Assembly: GCA_020434365.1 (NCBI GenBank)
Contig: JAGRAX010000002.1
Location: 1-63,473 of the forward strand
Source of the DNA: Bdellovibrionales bacterium
Lineage (GTDB): Bacteria > Bdellovibrionota_G > JALEGL01 > JAGRMV01
Reading direction: 5' to 3'
Length of the DNA stretch: 63,473 nucleotides
Every line of letters begins with the position of its first letter. Position 1 is the first letter of the stretch. Below are positions 54,374 through 62,852 of the stretch, one piece after another. Both the position numbers and the translations under genes were made by a program. The notes beneath the pieces were generated by a model. It searched no databases, was not told the DNA's origin, and worked only from the letters and a program-made list of their open reading frames with translations.

Positions 54374-55252
54374 CTATTCAAGGTTTTGAACCTGTTCGCG
54401 AATTTTTTCCAACTCCATCTTCATATCCACTACATAAACGGCCAACTCCCCATCATGTACTTTGGCCCCAACCGTATTGAGTTCTCGATGAATTTCTTGA
54501 ATCATAAAATCAAGTTCTCGACCCAGAGATTTTTCCACGCTCTCGCCAAGCCTTCGCAGCATGTATTCAATGTGACTATATAAACGAGTGATTTCCTCTG
54601 AAATATTATTTTTTTCAAGCTGCAAAAGCATTTCCTGATAGAGTCGATGTTCATCTACTTTGTAATCTTGCAACAAACTCTCAATGCGATCAGCTTGCAT
54701 TTGCGTTTTCGTTTTCAAACTTTTTTGGGAAGATTTCTTCAGTTTTTTCAGATCACCTAACAACTTCCGACATCGAAGCCTTACGTCTTTGGCCAATACA
54801 TTTCCCTCTCTTTGTCGAGAGAGTGTAAGCTTGTGCAATGCTTCTACAAAGAGCTCATGAATGTGCTGCTCATGTTGACCCTCGCTTTGATGTACTTTTT
54901 CACCGAGTGGCAACATCAATGCAGCCTCCAAGCTTAAGGGCTGAGAAATTTTCAATTTTTTTCTTAGCGTCTCAAGCTTCATCCAGGTTTTTTCGATCTG
55001 ATCCAAAGGAATCTCTTTCGAAGGATTTGTAGACAGCGAATCAATCTGAACCAAAACATCAAACTTTCCTCTCTTGAATGTTTTTTTGATGAGCCCTTCA
55101 AAATGATGTTCGGTTTTGATATCAGATTTTAGACCTTGGATACGCGTATCCACAAAACGGCTGTTCACACTCTTGATTTCAATAAGGTATGCATGTGTCG
55201 CGCTTTTTTTCGAGGCCGAACCAAACCCTGTCATACTTTGAATCAAACCCAT
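54374..55252 (-). CDS. yicC: YicC family stress-induced protein
   Basis: 292 aa. The N-terminal IQSMTGFG and the C-terminal EIHRELNTVGAK...MKMELEKIREQVQNLE are typical of YicC. Confidence 0.85.
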   Translation of the reverse strand: MGLIQSMTGFGSASKKSATHAYLIEIKSVNSRFVDTRIQGLKSDIKTEHHFEGLIKKTFKRGKFDVLVQIDSLSTNPSKEIPLDQIEKTWMKLETLRKKLKISQPLSLEAALMLPLGEKVHQSEGQHEQHIHELFVEALHKLTLSRQREGNVLAKDVRLRCRKLLGDLKKLKKSSQKSLKTKTQMQADRIESLLQDYKVDEHRLYQEMLLQLEKNNISEEITRLYSHIEYMLRRLGESVEKSLGRELDFMIQEIHRELNTVGAKVHDGELAVYVVDMKMELEKIREQVQNLE

Positions 55253-55259
55253 ATCCTCC

Positions 55260-55646
55260 TTACTTTTTTCGAATCATGGCCACGGCTGTCGCGTAGTCCT
55301 CACAGTGAGAAATGCTCACGGAGCATTCAAAAGCATCTTGAATTTCTTTATCCTGATAGAGCATTTTGCAAACATAGGGCGCGCGGTTTTTGTGATGTCC
55401 GATTTCAATTCCTGACACCAGCAGCGCATAATGATCTTGCATGGCTTTAATCACGGCCTCTTTGGCACAAAACAAACCCAAAAAATGAGGAACAGGATCC
55501 ATAAAACGCTGACAGTACTGCTGCTCGGAGGCCGCAAACAAACGGTTCAAAAAACTCTCTCCTCCGTCTTCCAAAATTTTCCGAAAACGTGCCATTGATT
55601 CAATATCAATGCCCATCTGAGGCAGCTTATTTTGGTCTCGCTCCAT
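55260..55646 (-). CDS. acpS: holo-[acyl-carrier-protein] synthase
   Basis: The MGIDIESMARF core is followed by FCAKEAVIKA. The true start may be the internal ATG at 55616 (MGIDIES). Confidence 0.85.
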   Translation of the reverse strand: MERDQNKLPQMGIDIESMARFRKILEDGGESFLNRLFAASEQQYCQRFMDPVPHFLGLFCAKEAVIKAMQDHYALLVSGIEIGHHKNRAPYVCKMLYQDKEIQDAFECSVSISHCEDYATAVAMIRKK

Positions 55647-55681
55647 GACAAAAAGGATGTCGTGCTATATATCCTCTACAA

Positions 55682-55966
55682 ATGAGGAGTACAGTGAAAA
55701 AAGAACCAAAACTACATATCGGCTCAGGCAGTATCATTGGTGCGGGCAGCATCATCGAATCGGGTCGAATTGGAAAAAATGTTCGCATTGGTGCGGGCGT
55801 TGTCATTGGCAAGATGGTACAGATTGAAGATCATGTTGTCATTGGACCTTCCTGTCTGATTCAAGACCAGGTTCATATTGCTGCAAATGCAAAAATTGAT
55901 GGCGGACTCGTCATCTCTCAAGGCGCTCAAATTCCCGAAAACAAGCATCTCAAAACTTCAGTTTGA
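55682..55966 (+). CDS. hexapeptide-repeat (left-handed beta-helix) protein, minimal or truncated acyltransferase-like
   Basis: 94 aa consisting almost entirely of [LIV]-G-x-x-x-x hexads: IGSGSIIGAGSIIESGRIGKNVRIGAGVVIGKMVQIEDHVVIGPSCLI. There is no N-terminal substrate or CoA domain. Confidence 0.55.
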   Translation: MRSTVKKEPKLHIGSGSIIGAGSIIESGRIGKNVRIGAGVVIGKMVQIEDHVVIGPSCLIQDQVHIAANAKIDGGLVISQGAQIPENKHLKTSV

Positions 55967-56064
55967 AGAACTTGCTTTAATGAATCGATAGAAGTTCCCA
56001 AAAACTTTACAGTTTTTAAAAAAAATGAAAGACTTCTTAGAGTTTTGGCCCTATATATATAGCA

Positions 56065-57156
56065 ATGATAGACTTACAGACTCATACTGAAGATTTCACT
56101 AAAGATTCCAGGTTCTTTCTTTCAATCTTTAAAGAAGTTCTTGAACCTTCTTTAGAAGGACGCTACGCACAAAGCTTTGAACAAGACTTTGCGCAGCATT
56201 TGGGATCGGTATACTCTATTTCTACACATTCCTTGGCACGAAGCTTACAAAAATGCTTTGATTATTTTTCCATAGGAGAATGGGATGAAGTGATTTGCCC
56301 TTCATGGCTAAGCACGCAGTACATTCAAACAGTCATTTCTTCAAAAATTTCTCCGGTTTTCGCCGAAATCTCTCCCTACACTTTGGGAATCGATTTTAGG
56401 GATGTCAGTCACAAACTGTCCTCGAAAACCAAAGCTGTCATTATGACTTATCCCTATGGGATTCCCAGCGACATCAGCTATCTCCAAAATCTCTGCAAAG
56501 AAAAAGGGATTTTACTGATTGAAATTGTGCCGCAGGCTTTCGCAACGAAATATCGGGGCAAAAATATCGGGACTTTTGGGGATGTAGGACTGATCGAATT
56601 TCACCCCAAGCATATGTACAGTGAAGCAAACTCAGGCATCGTAGCCACCGACTGTGATGCCTTGGCCTTTGCCTTAAGGAATGATCCAAAACGCAACAAA
56701 GAGGTAGACTCTAGCTTTAGCGAAATGGAAGGCGCCATCGGTTTATGGATACTCGACTACTTGGACAAAAATCAAGACAAGAGAATGCACCTTGCGCAGC
56801 GTTTGGACAAAAGTTTTGAAATCATTCCCAACGTGAGCATTTTTCATGAACTTTGCGGAGCCCAGTGGGACAGGCAGATCTACCCCCTACGAGTGTCCTC
56901 CCATGTGCGGGAAGAGCTCTTTGATCTCCTCAAATCACAAGGGGTTCAGGTCATCAAACCTCAAAGTCCTTCTCATCTGCATTCTTTTATACAAGCACAT
57001 TTGAGACCTCCTCAGTTGATCCAAACCGAAAGACTCTCCAAAGAAATTCTCTTGATTCCTATTTCTGCAGGCTTAAGCAAGCAAGAAGAAATTACACTCA
57101 CGGAAACGGTGAATTCTTTTTTTTTACACCGGCGTGATCTGCGATATTTCGCGTAA
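56065..57156 (+). CDS. DegT/DnrJ/EryC1/StrS-like aminotransferase homologue (divergent, possibly inactive)
   Basis: 363 aa. The layout matches the DegT family: FEQDFAQHLG..., DEVICPSW, VFAEISPYTLGID, KTKAVIMTYPYGIP, GILLIEIVPQAFATKYRGKNIGTFGD, and EFHPKHM with the Lys retained. The usual ED (PLP-pyridine Asp) reads EI, and the sGT.AL segment reads STHSLA. Confidence 0.55.
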   Translation: MIDLQTHTEDFTKDSRFFLSIFKEVLEPSLEGRYAQSFEQDFAQHLGSVYSISTHSLARSLQKCFDYFSIGEWDEVICPSWLSTQYIQTVISSKISPVFAEISPYTLGIDFRDVSHKLSSKTKAVIMTYPYGIPSDISYLQNLCKEKGILLIEIVPQAFATKYRGKNIGTFGDVGLIEFHPKHMYSEANSGIVATDCDALAFALRNDPKRNKEVDSSFSEMEGAIGLWILDYLDKNQDKRMHLAQRLDKSFEIIPNVSIFHELCGAQWDRQIYPLRVSSHVREELFDLLKSQGVQVIKPQSPSHLHSFIQAHLRPPQLIQTERLSKEILLIPISAGLSKQEEITLTETVNSFFLHRRDLRYFA

Positions 57157-57176
57157 GATATCGTAATAAAAAATTC

Positions 57177-58391
57177 TTATTTCCACTGAGGATTTTCTAG
57201 AATCATGGCAATACCTTGTCCCCCGCCAATACATGCACTTACCAGGGTCCAGCGTTGTTGCCGTCTACGCAATTCCAATAAGCTGCTTAAAGCGATACGA
57301 GAGCCACTTGCGCCTAGGGGATGTCCAATGGCAATGGCCCCGCCATTTACGTTGAGTTTTTTCTGATCAATGCCCAATTCAGAGACAACGGCCAAGGTCT
57401 GAGAAGCAAAAGCTTCGTTGACTTCAATCAAATCCATATCTTTGAGTGTTTTCCCAAAATCCAGCAAAGCCTTTCGAGAGGCTGCAACCGGACCAATACC
57501 CATGATATCGGGATCACAACCCGTAACGCCATAACTTTTGATTTCACCCAAAATCGGGAGATCTCTGCGTTGAGCCTCGTACTTGCTTGTCACGATAAGC
57601 GCAGCCGCTCCATCACAAATTCCACTGGCATTTCCGGCTGTCACCACGCCATCTTTTTGAAAGACAGGAGGCAATTTTTCTACATCTTTGAGCTGCATAT
57701 CTCGCCTTGGATGTTCATCTCGGTCCAATAGCGTGTTTTTTCCCTTGCCCGCAGGCACCTCAATCTGACAAATCTCGTCCTTGAAATATCCGGCATCGAA
57801 GGCAGCTTGCGTTTTAAGCTGAGATTGGAGGGCAAATTCATCACACTGCGCTCTGCTGATCTTATATTGCTTGGCCAAATTTTCGGCAGTAATCGCCATC
57901 GGCATACGATTGTAAGAATCTGTCAAACCTTCTTGAAGGGCGTCTTCCAATTTGGATGGACCCATCTTAAATCCGTGACGATAGCCTCGAATGACATGAG
58001 GGGTTTGTGTCATGTTTTCACTTCCACCCGCGAGGACAATCTTTGCTCTTCCAAGCAAAATTTCATGAGCTGCATTGATCAAAGCCTGAAAACCCGAACC
58101 ACAAAGGCGATTGACCGTATACGCAGGAATTTCCTTAGGAATCCCCACTCGTAGACCCACATGACGAGCCAAATAAGCCGCATCCCGACTGCTCTGCATG
58201 ACATTGCCCATGATAACATGATCAATCTGCTCTACTGATATCTGTGAGCGATCCACAGCTGCCTTAGAAGCATGAACCGCAAGATCCGTAGCCGTAAGTG
58301 AAGAGTATGATCCACAAAATTTGGCAAAAGGCGTTCTGGCCCCTGCCACAATTACGATTTCTCTTTTTGGATCCAAATGATTTCCCAACAT
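57177..58391 (-). CDS. acetyl-CoA acetyltransferase / 3-ketoacyl-CoA thiolase
   Basis: 404 aa. NRLCGSGFQAL, NEAFASQ, GHPLGASGSRI and CIGGGQGIAMILE. Confidence 0.9.
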   Translation of the reverse strand: MLGNHLDPKREIVIVAGARTPFAKFCGSYSSLTATDLAVHASKAAVDRSQISVEQIDHVIMGNVMQSSRDAAYLARHVGLRVGIPKEIPAYTVNRLCGSGFQALINAAHEILLGRAKIVLAGGSENMTQTPHVIRGYRHGFKMGPSKLEDALQEGLTDSYNRMPMAITAENLAKQYKISRAQCDEFALQSQLKTQAAFDAGYFKDEICQIEVPAGKGKNTLLDRDEHPRRDMQLKDVEKLPPVFQKDGVVTAGNASGICDGAAALIVTSKYEAQRRDLPILGEIKSYGVTGCDPDIMGIGPVAASRKALLDFGKTLKDMDLIEVNEAFASQTLAVVSELGIDQKKLNVNGGAIAIGHPLGASGSRIALSSLLELRRRQQRWTLVSACIGGGQGIAMILENPQWK

Positions 58392-58501
58392 TTCCGTGAC
58401 ATGTAAAACACGGAATTCAAATTAGTGCAATCCCGAAATCACAATAGCTCTTGAAATGCTCAACTCTATCTAGACTTCATAAATTTTGATACACCAGCAT
58501 C

Positions 58502-59113
58502 ATGCAAGATACTCAAAAGCAAACCCTGGCCCCAAAAGTGGTGATGAATCTTCTTACAAGGCATATGTGCTTTCCGCTGGGAAAAGCCTATGGTCAAATT
58601 TCCAGTGTCGATGAACTATACGCGCCTCATACCTGCACGGTTCATTGGCATGCATTTCCAGATCTAGGAGTACTTGGGTTCAATACGCATCAGAAATCTG
58701 ACAAAATCAGCCGACTCAAAAATAACCCTGCTCTGTCCGGATGCTACTGGAACGCAGAACAAGGATTTCAAATGCGTTGGAGAGCGCAGGGAGATCTATC
58801 TCAAAAACTCATTTCAGAAAATATGCGCATGGATTTATGGATGAGTCTTCGGCCTCAGGTTCGACGAGCCTATTGGCTTTGTGAGCTAGACCTCCCACTA
58901 GATATCAAAATGTTGCCCTCTTTAGATCTAGAGACTGTCCCTTCTCAGTTTATGACTGTACTTTGTAGAGTGAATTCTTGGGATATTTTTTGGGACGCCT
59001 CCTCCAATCCCGACTCAGAATATCGATTTGGACAACGTCTTCGATATGACTGGAAACAAAATCAATGGGTAGAGCAGCACATCAACCATGTTCATTCTCA
59101 AATCATAGCCTAG
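58502..59113 (+). CDS. pyridoxamine 5'-phosphate oxidase-like (FMN-binding split barrel) family protein, tentative
   Basis: 203 aa. GFNTHQKSDKISRLKNNPALSGCYWNAEQGFQMRWRAQGDL resembles the PNPOx pattern FxTNxxSxKxxxLxxNPxaaxxxxWxxxxxQxRxxG. The similarity is weak and judged from memory only. Confidence 0.4.
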   Translation: MQDTQKQTLAPKVVMNLLTRHMCFPLGKAYGQISSVDELYAPHTCTVHWHAFPDLGVLGFNTHQKSDKISRLKNNPALSGCYWNAEQGFQMRWRAQGDLSQKLISENMRMDLWMSLRPQVRRAYWLCELDLPLDIKMLPSLDLETVPSQFMTVLCRVNSWDIFWDASSNPDSEYRFGQRLRYDWKQNQWVEQHINHVHSQIIA

Positions 59114-59156
59114 GCATTTTTTTCATTTTCATGCTCGGCTATGATAAAAGCATTCG

Positions 59157-60158
59157 ATGTCCGTAATTCATAGAGCTGCCATCACTGGTGTAGAACACTA
59201 CTTTCCAGAAAAAATTCTCAGCAATGCAGACATGGAAAAGCTCGTCGATACTTCCGACGAGTGGATTCGTACAAGAACAGGCATTGAAAAAAGACGCCGC
59301 GTATCTCCTGGGCAGGCCTCCAGTGACTTGGCCTGCAAAGCCATCACGAAACTACTCAAAAAGAAAAAAATGGCTGCAAAAGATATTGAACTCATCATTG
59401 TCGCCACAGTCACTCCCGACATGATGTTTCCTTCCACAGCATGTAGAATCCAAGAAAAAATGGCTGCCACACATGCCTGGGGCTTTGATCTTTCCGCCGC
59501 ATGCTCAGGTTTTGTCTTTGCACTTGCCACCGCCGATCAATTCATCTCAAGTGGTCGATACAAAAATGCTTTGGTTGTGGGTGTCGATGTCATGAGCTCG
59601 ATCATTGATGATCACGACCGCAATACATGTGTGTTATTTGGTGATGGATGTGGCGTCGCTCTATTGCAACCAGAACCAGAGGCCTCGAGCTTGGGTATTC
59701 TCGATCACCTTTGTCACATTGATGGCAAAGGCGGGGAGTTTTTATACATGCCAGGAGGCGGAAGTCTATATGGAACCAGCTCTGATACCTTAAGCAAAAA
59801 TATGCATGTGGTTCACCAAGAAGGCAAACAAGTATTCAAACATGCGGTCACAGAAATGGCGCGTGTTTCCGAAGAAATCTTAGAAAAAAACAATTTAAGC
59901 TCAGAAGATATTGATTATTTCATTCCCCACCAAGCCAATCTGAGAATCATCGAATCCTGTCAAAAAAAACTCAAGCTCAAAGATGATCAAGTCATTGTCA
60001 ACATCAAAGACTTTGCCAACACCACATCCGCAACCATTCCTACTTGTATGTCTCAAGCTGTAGATGACAAAAAAATCAAAAAAGGCGATTTGGTTTTGAT
60101 TGCTTCTTTCGGAGCGGGATTTACTTGGGGCGCGAGTTTGATTCGCTGGGCTTTTTAA
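59157..60158 (+). CDS. fabH: beta-ketoacyl-ACP synthase III
   Basis: 333 aa. Active-site Cys in LSAACSGFVFAL, plus HQANLRII, NTTSATIP and GAGFTWGA. Confidence 0.9.
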   Translation: MSVIHRAAITGVEHYFPEKILSNADMEKLVDTSDEWIRTRTGIEKRRRVSPGQASSDLACKAITKLLKKKKMAAKDIELIIVATVTPDMMFPSTACRIQEKMAATHAWGFDLSAACSGFVFALATADQFISSGRYKNALVVGVDVMSSIIDDHDRNTCVLFGDGCGVALLQPEPEASSLGILDHLCHIDGKGGEFLYMPGGGSLYGTSSDTLSKNMHVVHQEGKQVFKHAVTEMARVSEEILEKNNLSSEDIDYFIPHQANLRIIESCQKKLKLKDDQVIVNIKDFANTTSATIPTCMSQAVDDKKIKKGDLVLIASFGAGFTWGASLIRWAF

Positions 60159-60247
60159 ACGATGTAAGGGAAATTCCCAAAACTCATAAGAAAATGCGCA
60201 CATTCTTTGATTTTTCAAAAGAGGCCATGTAGTAGGTTTTTTATCTA

Positions 60248-60829
60248 ATGGAACTGTTTTGGTCAGAATTTGAAAGTTCTTGGGGCAGCATGCTCTTGGT
60301 TTCCAGCCATCGTGGCATAATAAAAGTAACTTTACCTGATTCCAACTCACATCAAGAAGTTCTAGAATCTCTGATCAAAAAAAAAGAACACATTGTCACA
60401 CACAAAGAAAATAGCATTCTCTATCAATGCAAAAAACAACTCGAAGACTATTTTGAAGGGATATGCTTTCGATTCAACCTTCCCCTTTCTATGCTTGGAA
60501 CAGACTTTCAGGTTTCTGTATGGAAACATTTGCAACTCATCCCCTTCGGAGAAACCTGGTCTTACAAAACTGTTGCCAAAAGTATCGGAAACGAAAAAGC
60601 GTCTCGCGCTGTGGGAAATGCAAACAATAAAAATCCTCTACCTCTTCTTGTGCCTTGTCATAGGGTCATTGGGGAAAATGGAAAGCTCACCGGCTTTGCA
60701 GGCGGACTTACGCTCAAACAAAAGCTTCTAGATTTTGAAAAAAATCTATCTCAATCTTCAGACTTTCGTAGCTCGGGTCGAGATTTCGCTCTGCAACCAA
60801 GTTTGCGTCACATCACACCACAACATTAA
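60248..60829 (+). CDS. ogt: methylated-DNA--protein-cysteine methyltransferase
   Basis: 193 aa. The active site is LLVPCHRVIG (PCHR), with FQVSVWKHLQLIPFGETWSYKTVA upstream. The C-terminus extends ~30 aa beyond the usual end and overlaps the convergent gene. Confidence 0.85.
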   Translation: MELFWSEFESSWGSMLLVSSHRGIIKVTLPDSNSHQEVLESLIKKKEHIVTHKENSILYQCKKQLEDYFEGICFRFNLPLSMLGTDFQVSVWKHLQLIPFGETWSYKTVAKSIGNEKASRAVGNANNKNPLPLLVPCHRVIGENGKLTGFAGGLTLKQKLLDFEKNLSQSSDFRSSGRDFALQPSLRHITPQH

Positions 60830-61648
60830 ACCCTGGTAAGGATCAAAGATTTCGTACTCGCTTCGAATTTTTGCGTCACTTGGAAGCTGCTGTAGTTTCC
60901 ACATGGATTGTAGCTGCCCACGAACCCAACTGTCCGTTGCTAAGCCTTCGTAATATCCCAAAAACCTCATCATATTCTCAGCTACATAAGGTCCAACCCC
61001 AGGAAGAGAGAGTAAATGTTTTTTTAGATCTTTGGCCGATCCTTTTGAGCTCAACCAGGCTTCTGGATCGATATCGCCCGAAGCCACCATTTTTGAGATT
61101 CTTGAAATGTAAGGTCCTCGATACCCACATCGAATATGATCAGAAAAAAATGACGCTTTTTTTTTGGCTAGGAGATCCGGAGTCGGAAACAAAAACAAAC
61201 CTTGCACCTCCTCTCCAGCGAATGTGCACAAGTTTTGCACCATTTTCTTTGTGAAACTCCAGCTACAATTTGTGGTCAAGATCAATTTGATTAGATCTTC
61301 AAAAACCGTCTGCGCCGTCATGAGTCTTCCCATTTTAGCTTTGACAATCCAAGGTCTTCTATGTTTCTTGGCTAAAGTATAAAAGGACTTAAGCTTTTGA
61401 TTGAAACCAAAAATTTTTTCGACGGAGGAAATAGAATGAGCATCTAATGCTCTTGGACTTTCTGCAATGACTCCATTTTTATATGAAGAAACTGTAAGCA
61501 CCTGAGCAGAGTTTTTAGACCTTAAGGGGAATGTAATAGATGTGTAATCCTTCTCAAGAACAAAGGGAGCCAAACTTGACCAACCATGAGAAAGCATAAC
61601 AGCCCGAAAGTCAAAAGGCTCCTTTGAGAGAAATACTCTACATGCCAT
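60758..61648 (-). CDS. HhH-GPD superfamily DNA glycosylase (AlkA/Ogg-like)
   Basis: 296 aa. The helix-hairpin-helix LLSLPGVGPYVAENMMRF is followed by a conserved Asp (GLATDSWVR). Its position next to ogt suggests alkylation repair. Confidence 0.7.
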   Translation of the reverse strand: MACRVFLSKEPFDFRAVMLSHGWSSLAPFVLEKDYTSITFPLRSKNSAQVLTVSSYKNGVIAESPRALDAHSISSVEKIFGFNQKLKSFYTLAKKHRRPWIVKAKMGRLMTAQTVFEDLIKLILTTNCSWSFTKKMVQNLCTFAGEEVQGLFLFPTPDLLAKKKASFFSDHIRCGYRGPYISRISKMVASGDIDPEAWLSSKGSAKDLKKHLLSLPGVGPYVAENMMRFLGYYEGLATDSWVRGQLQSMWKLQQLPSDAKIRSEYEIFDPYQGLMLWCDVTQTWLQSEISTRATKV

Positions 61649-61665
61649 AGAAAACGCGCCAGCCT

Positions 61666-62832
61666 TTATTCAAAGGCAGCAATACCTGTCAGACTTTGAC
61701 CTATGACCAATTGATGAATGTCGTGAGTTCCTTCGTAGGTATATACAGACTCCAGATTCATCATGTGCCTCATGCTGCTGTATTCATCCAAAATACCATT
61801 GCCGCCCAGAATATCTCTTGCATCTCTGGCAATATCTCTTGCAATATTGACGTTGTTCATTTTGCCCATTGAAATTTGCGCGGGAGTCAACTTGCCTTGA
61901 TCTTTGAGCTGCCCCAAACGAAATGCCAAGAGCTGGCCTTTTGTGATTTCCGTCGCCATTTTCGCAAGTTTTTGTTGAACCAATTGAAAACTGGCTATGG
62001 GTTTACCAAACTGAATTCTTTGTTTGGAGTACTCCAACACTTCATCAAAACAGGCCCCCGCAGCCCCCAAAGCACCCCAAGCTATTCCGTATCGCGCCTG
62101 AGAGAGGCAGCTCAGCGGGCCTTTAAGACCCACTACATTTGGCAAAATATTTTCTTCTGGGATTTCACACTGATCAAAAGAAAGTTCCGCCGTATCTGAG
62201 GCTCTCAAACTTAACTTGCCTTTGACTTCTTTGGAAGTAAATCCGGGACGATCTTTTTCCACAATGAAACCCCGAATGCCTTCATCTGTTTTCGCCCATA
62301 CAATCGCAACATCAGCCATGGTTCCATTGGTAATCCACATTTTTGTTCCATGGATAACCCAAGAGGATCCTTTCTTTTCTGCCCGGGTCAACATTCCCGA
62401 GGGATTGGATCCAAAATCCGGTTCGGTCAAACCAAAACATCCTATTTTTTTTCCACTGGCCATCAAAGGAAGCCAGGTTTCTTTTTGCTTCTGTGAACCA
62501 AACGCATAGATTGGGTACATACATAGAGAACCTTGAACTGAAGCAAAACTCCGAAGACCTGAATCTCCTCTCTCTAACTCTTGCAAAATCAAACCATAGG
62601 CAATGGCGTTCATTCCCGCACAGTCATATCCTTGTAAATTTGCACCCAAAAGACCTAGCTCTCCCATGACAGGAATCAAATCTGTAGGAAATGTACCTTT
62701 TTGAGCATGCTCACTAATAACCGGAAGAACTTGATCGCTGACAAAGTTACGTACCGTATCCCGAACCATGAGCTCCTCTTCTGAGAAAAACTCTGTCATC
62801 AAAACATAATCTAAGCTTTCATATTTTTTCAT
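61666..62832 (-). CDS. gcdH: glutaryl-CoA dehydrogenase-like acyl-CoA dehydrogenase
   Basis: 388 aa. GCFGLTEPDFGSNPSGMLTRAEK, YTYEGTHDIHQLVIG and the overall N-terminus are typical of the GCDH subfamily. Confidence 0.8.
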   Translation of the reverse strand: MKKYESLDYVLMTEFFSEEELMVRDTVRNFVSDQVLPVISEHAQKGTFPTDLIPVMGELGLLGANLQGYDCAGMNAIAYGLILQELERGDSGLRSFASVQGSLCMYPIYAFGSQKQKETWLPLMASGKKIGCFGLTEPDFGSNPSGMLTRAEKKGSSWVIHGTKMWITNGTMADVAIVWAKTDEGIRGFIVEKDRPGFTSKEVKGKLSLRASDTAELSFDQCEIPEENILPNVVGLKGPLSCLSQARYGIAWGALGAAGACFDEVLEYSKQRIQFGKPIASFQLVQQKLAKMATEITKGQLLAFRLGQLKDQGKLTPAQISMGKMNNVNIARDIARDARDILGGNGILDEYSSMRHMMNLESVYTYEGTHDIHQLVIGQSLTGIAAFE

Positions 62833-62852
62833 ATTTGCTTTCTCCTAGATTT

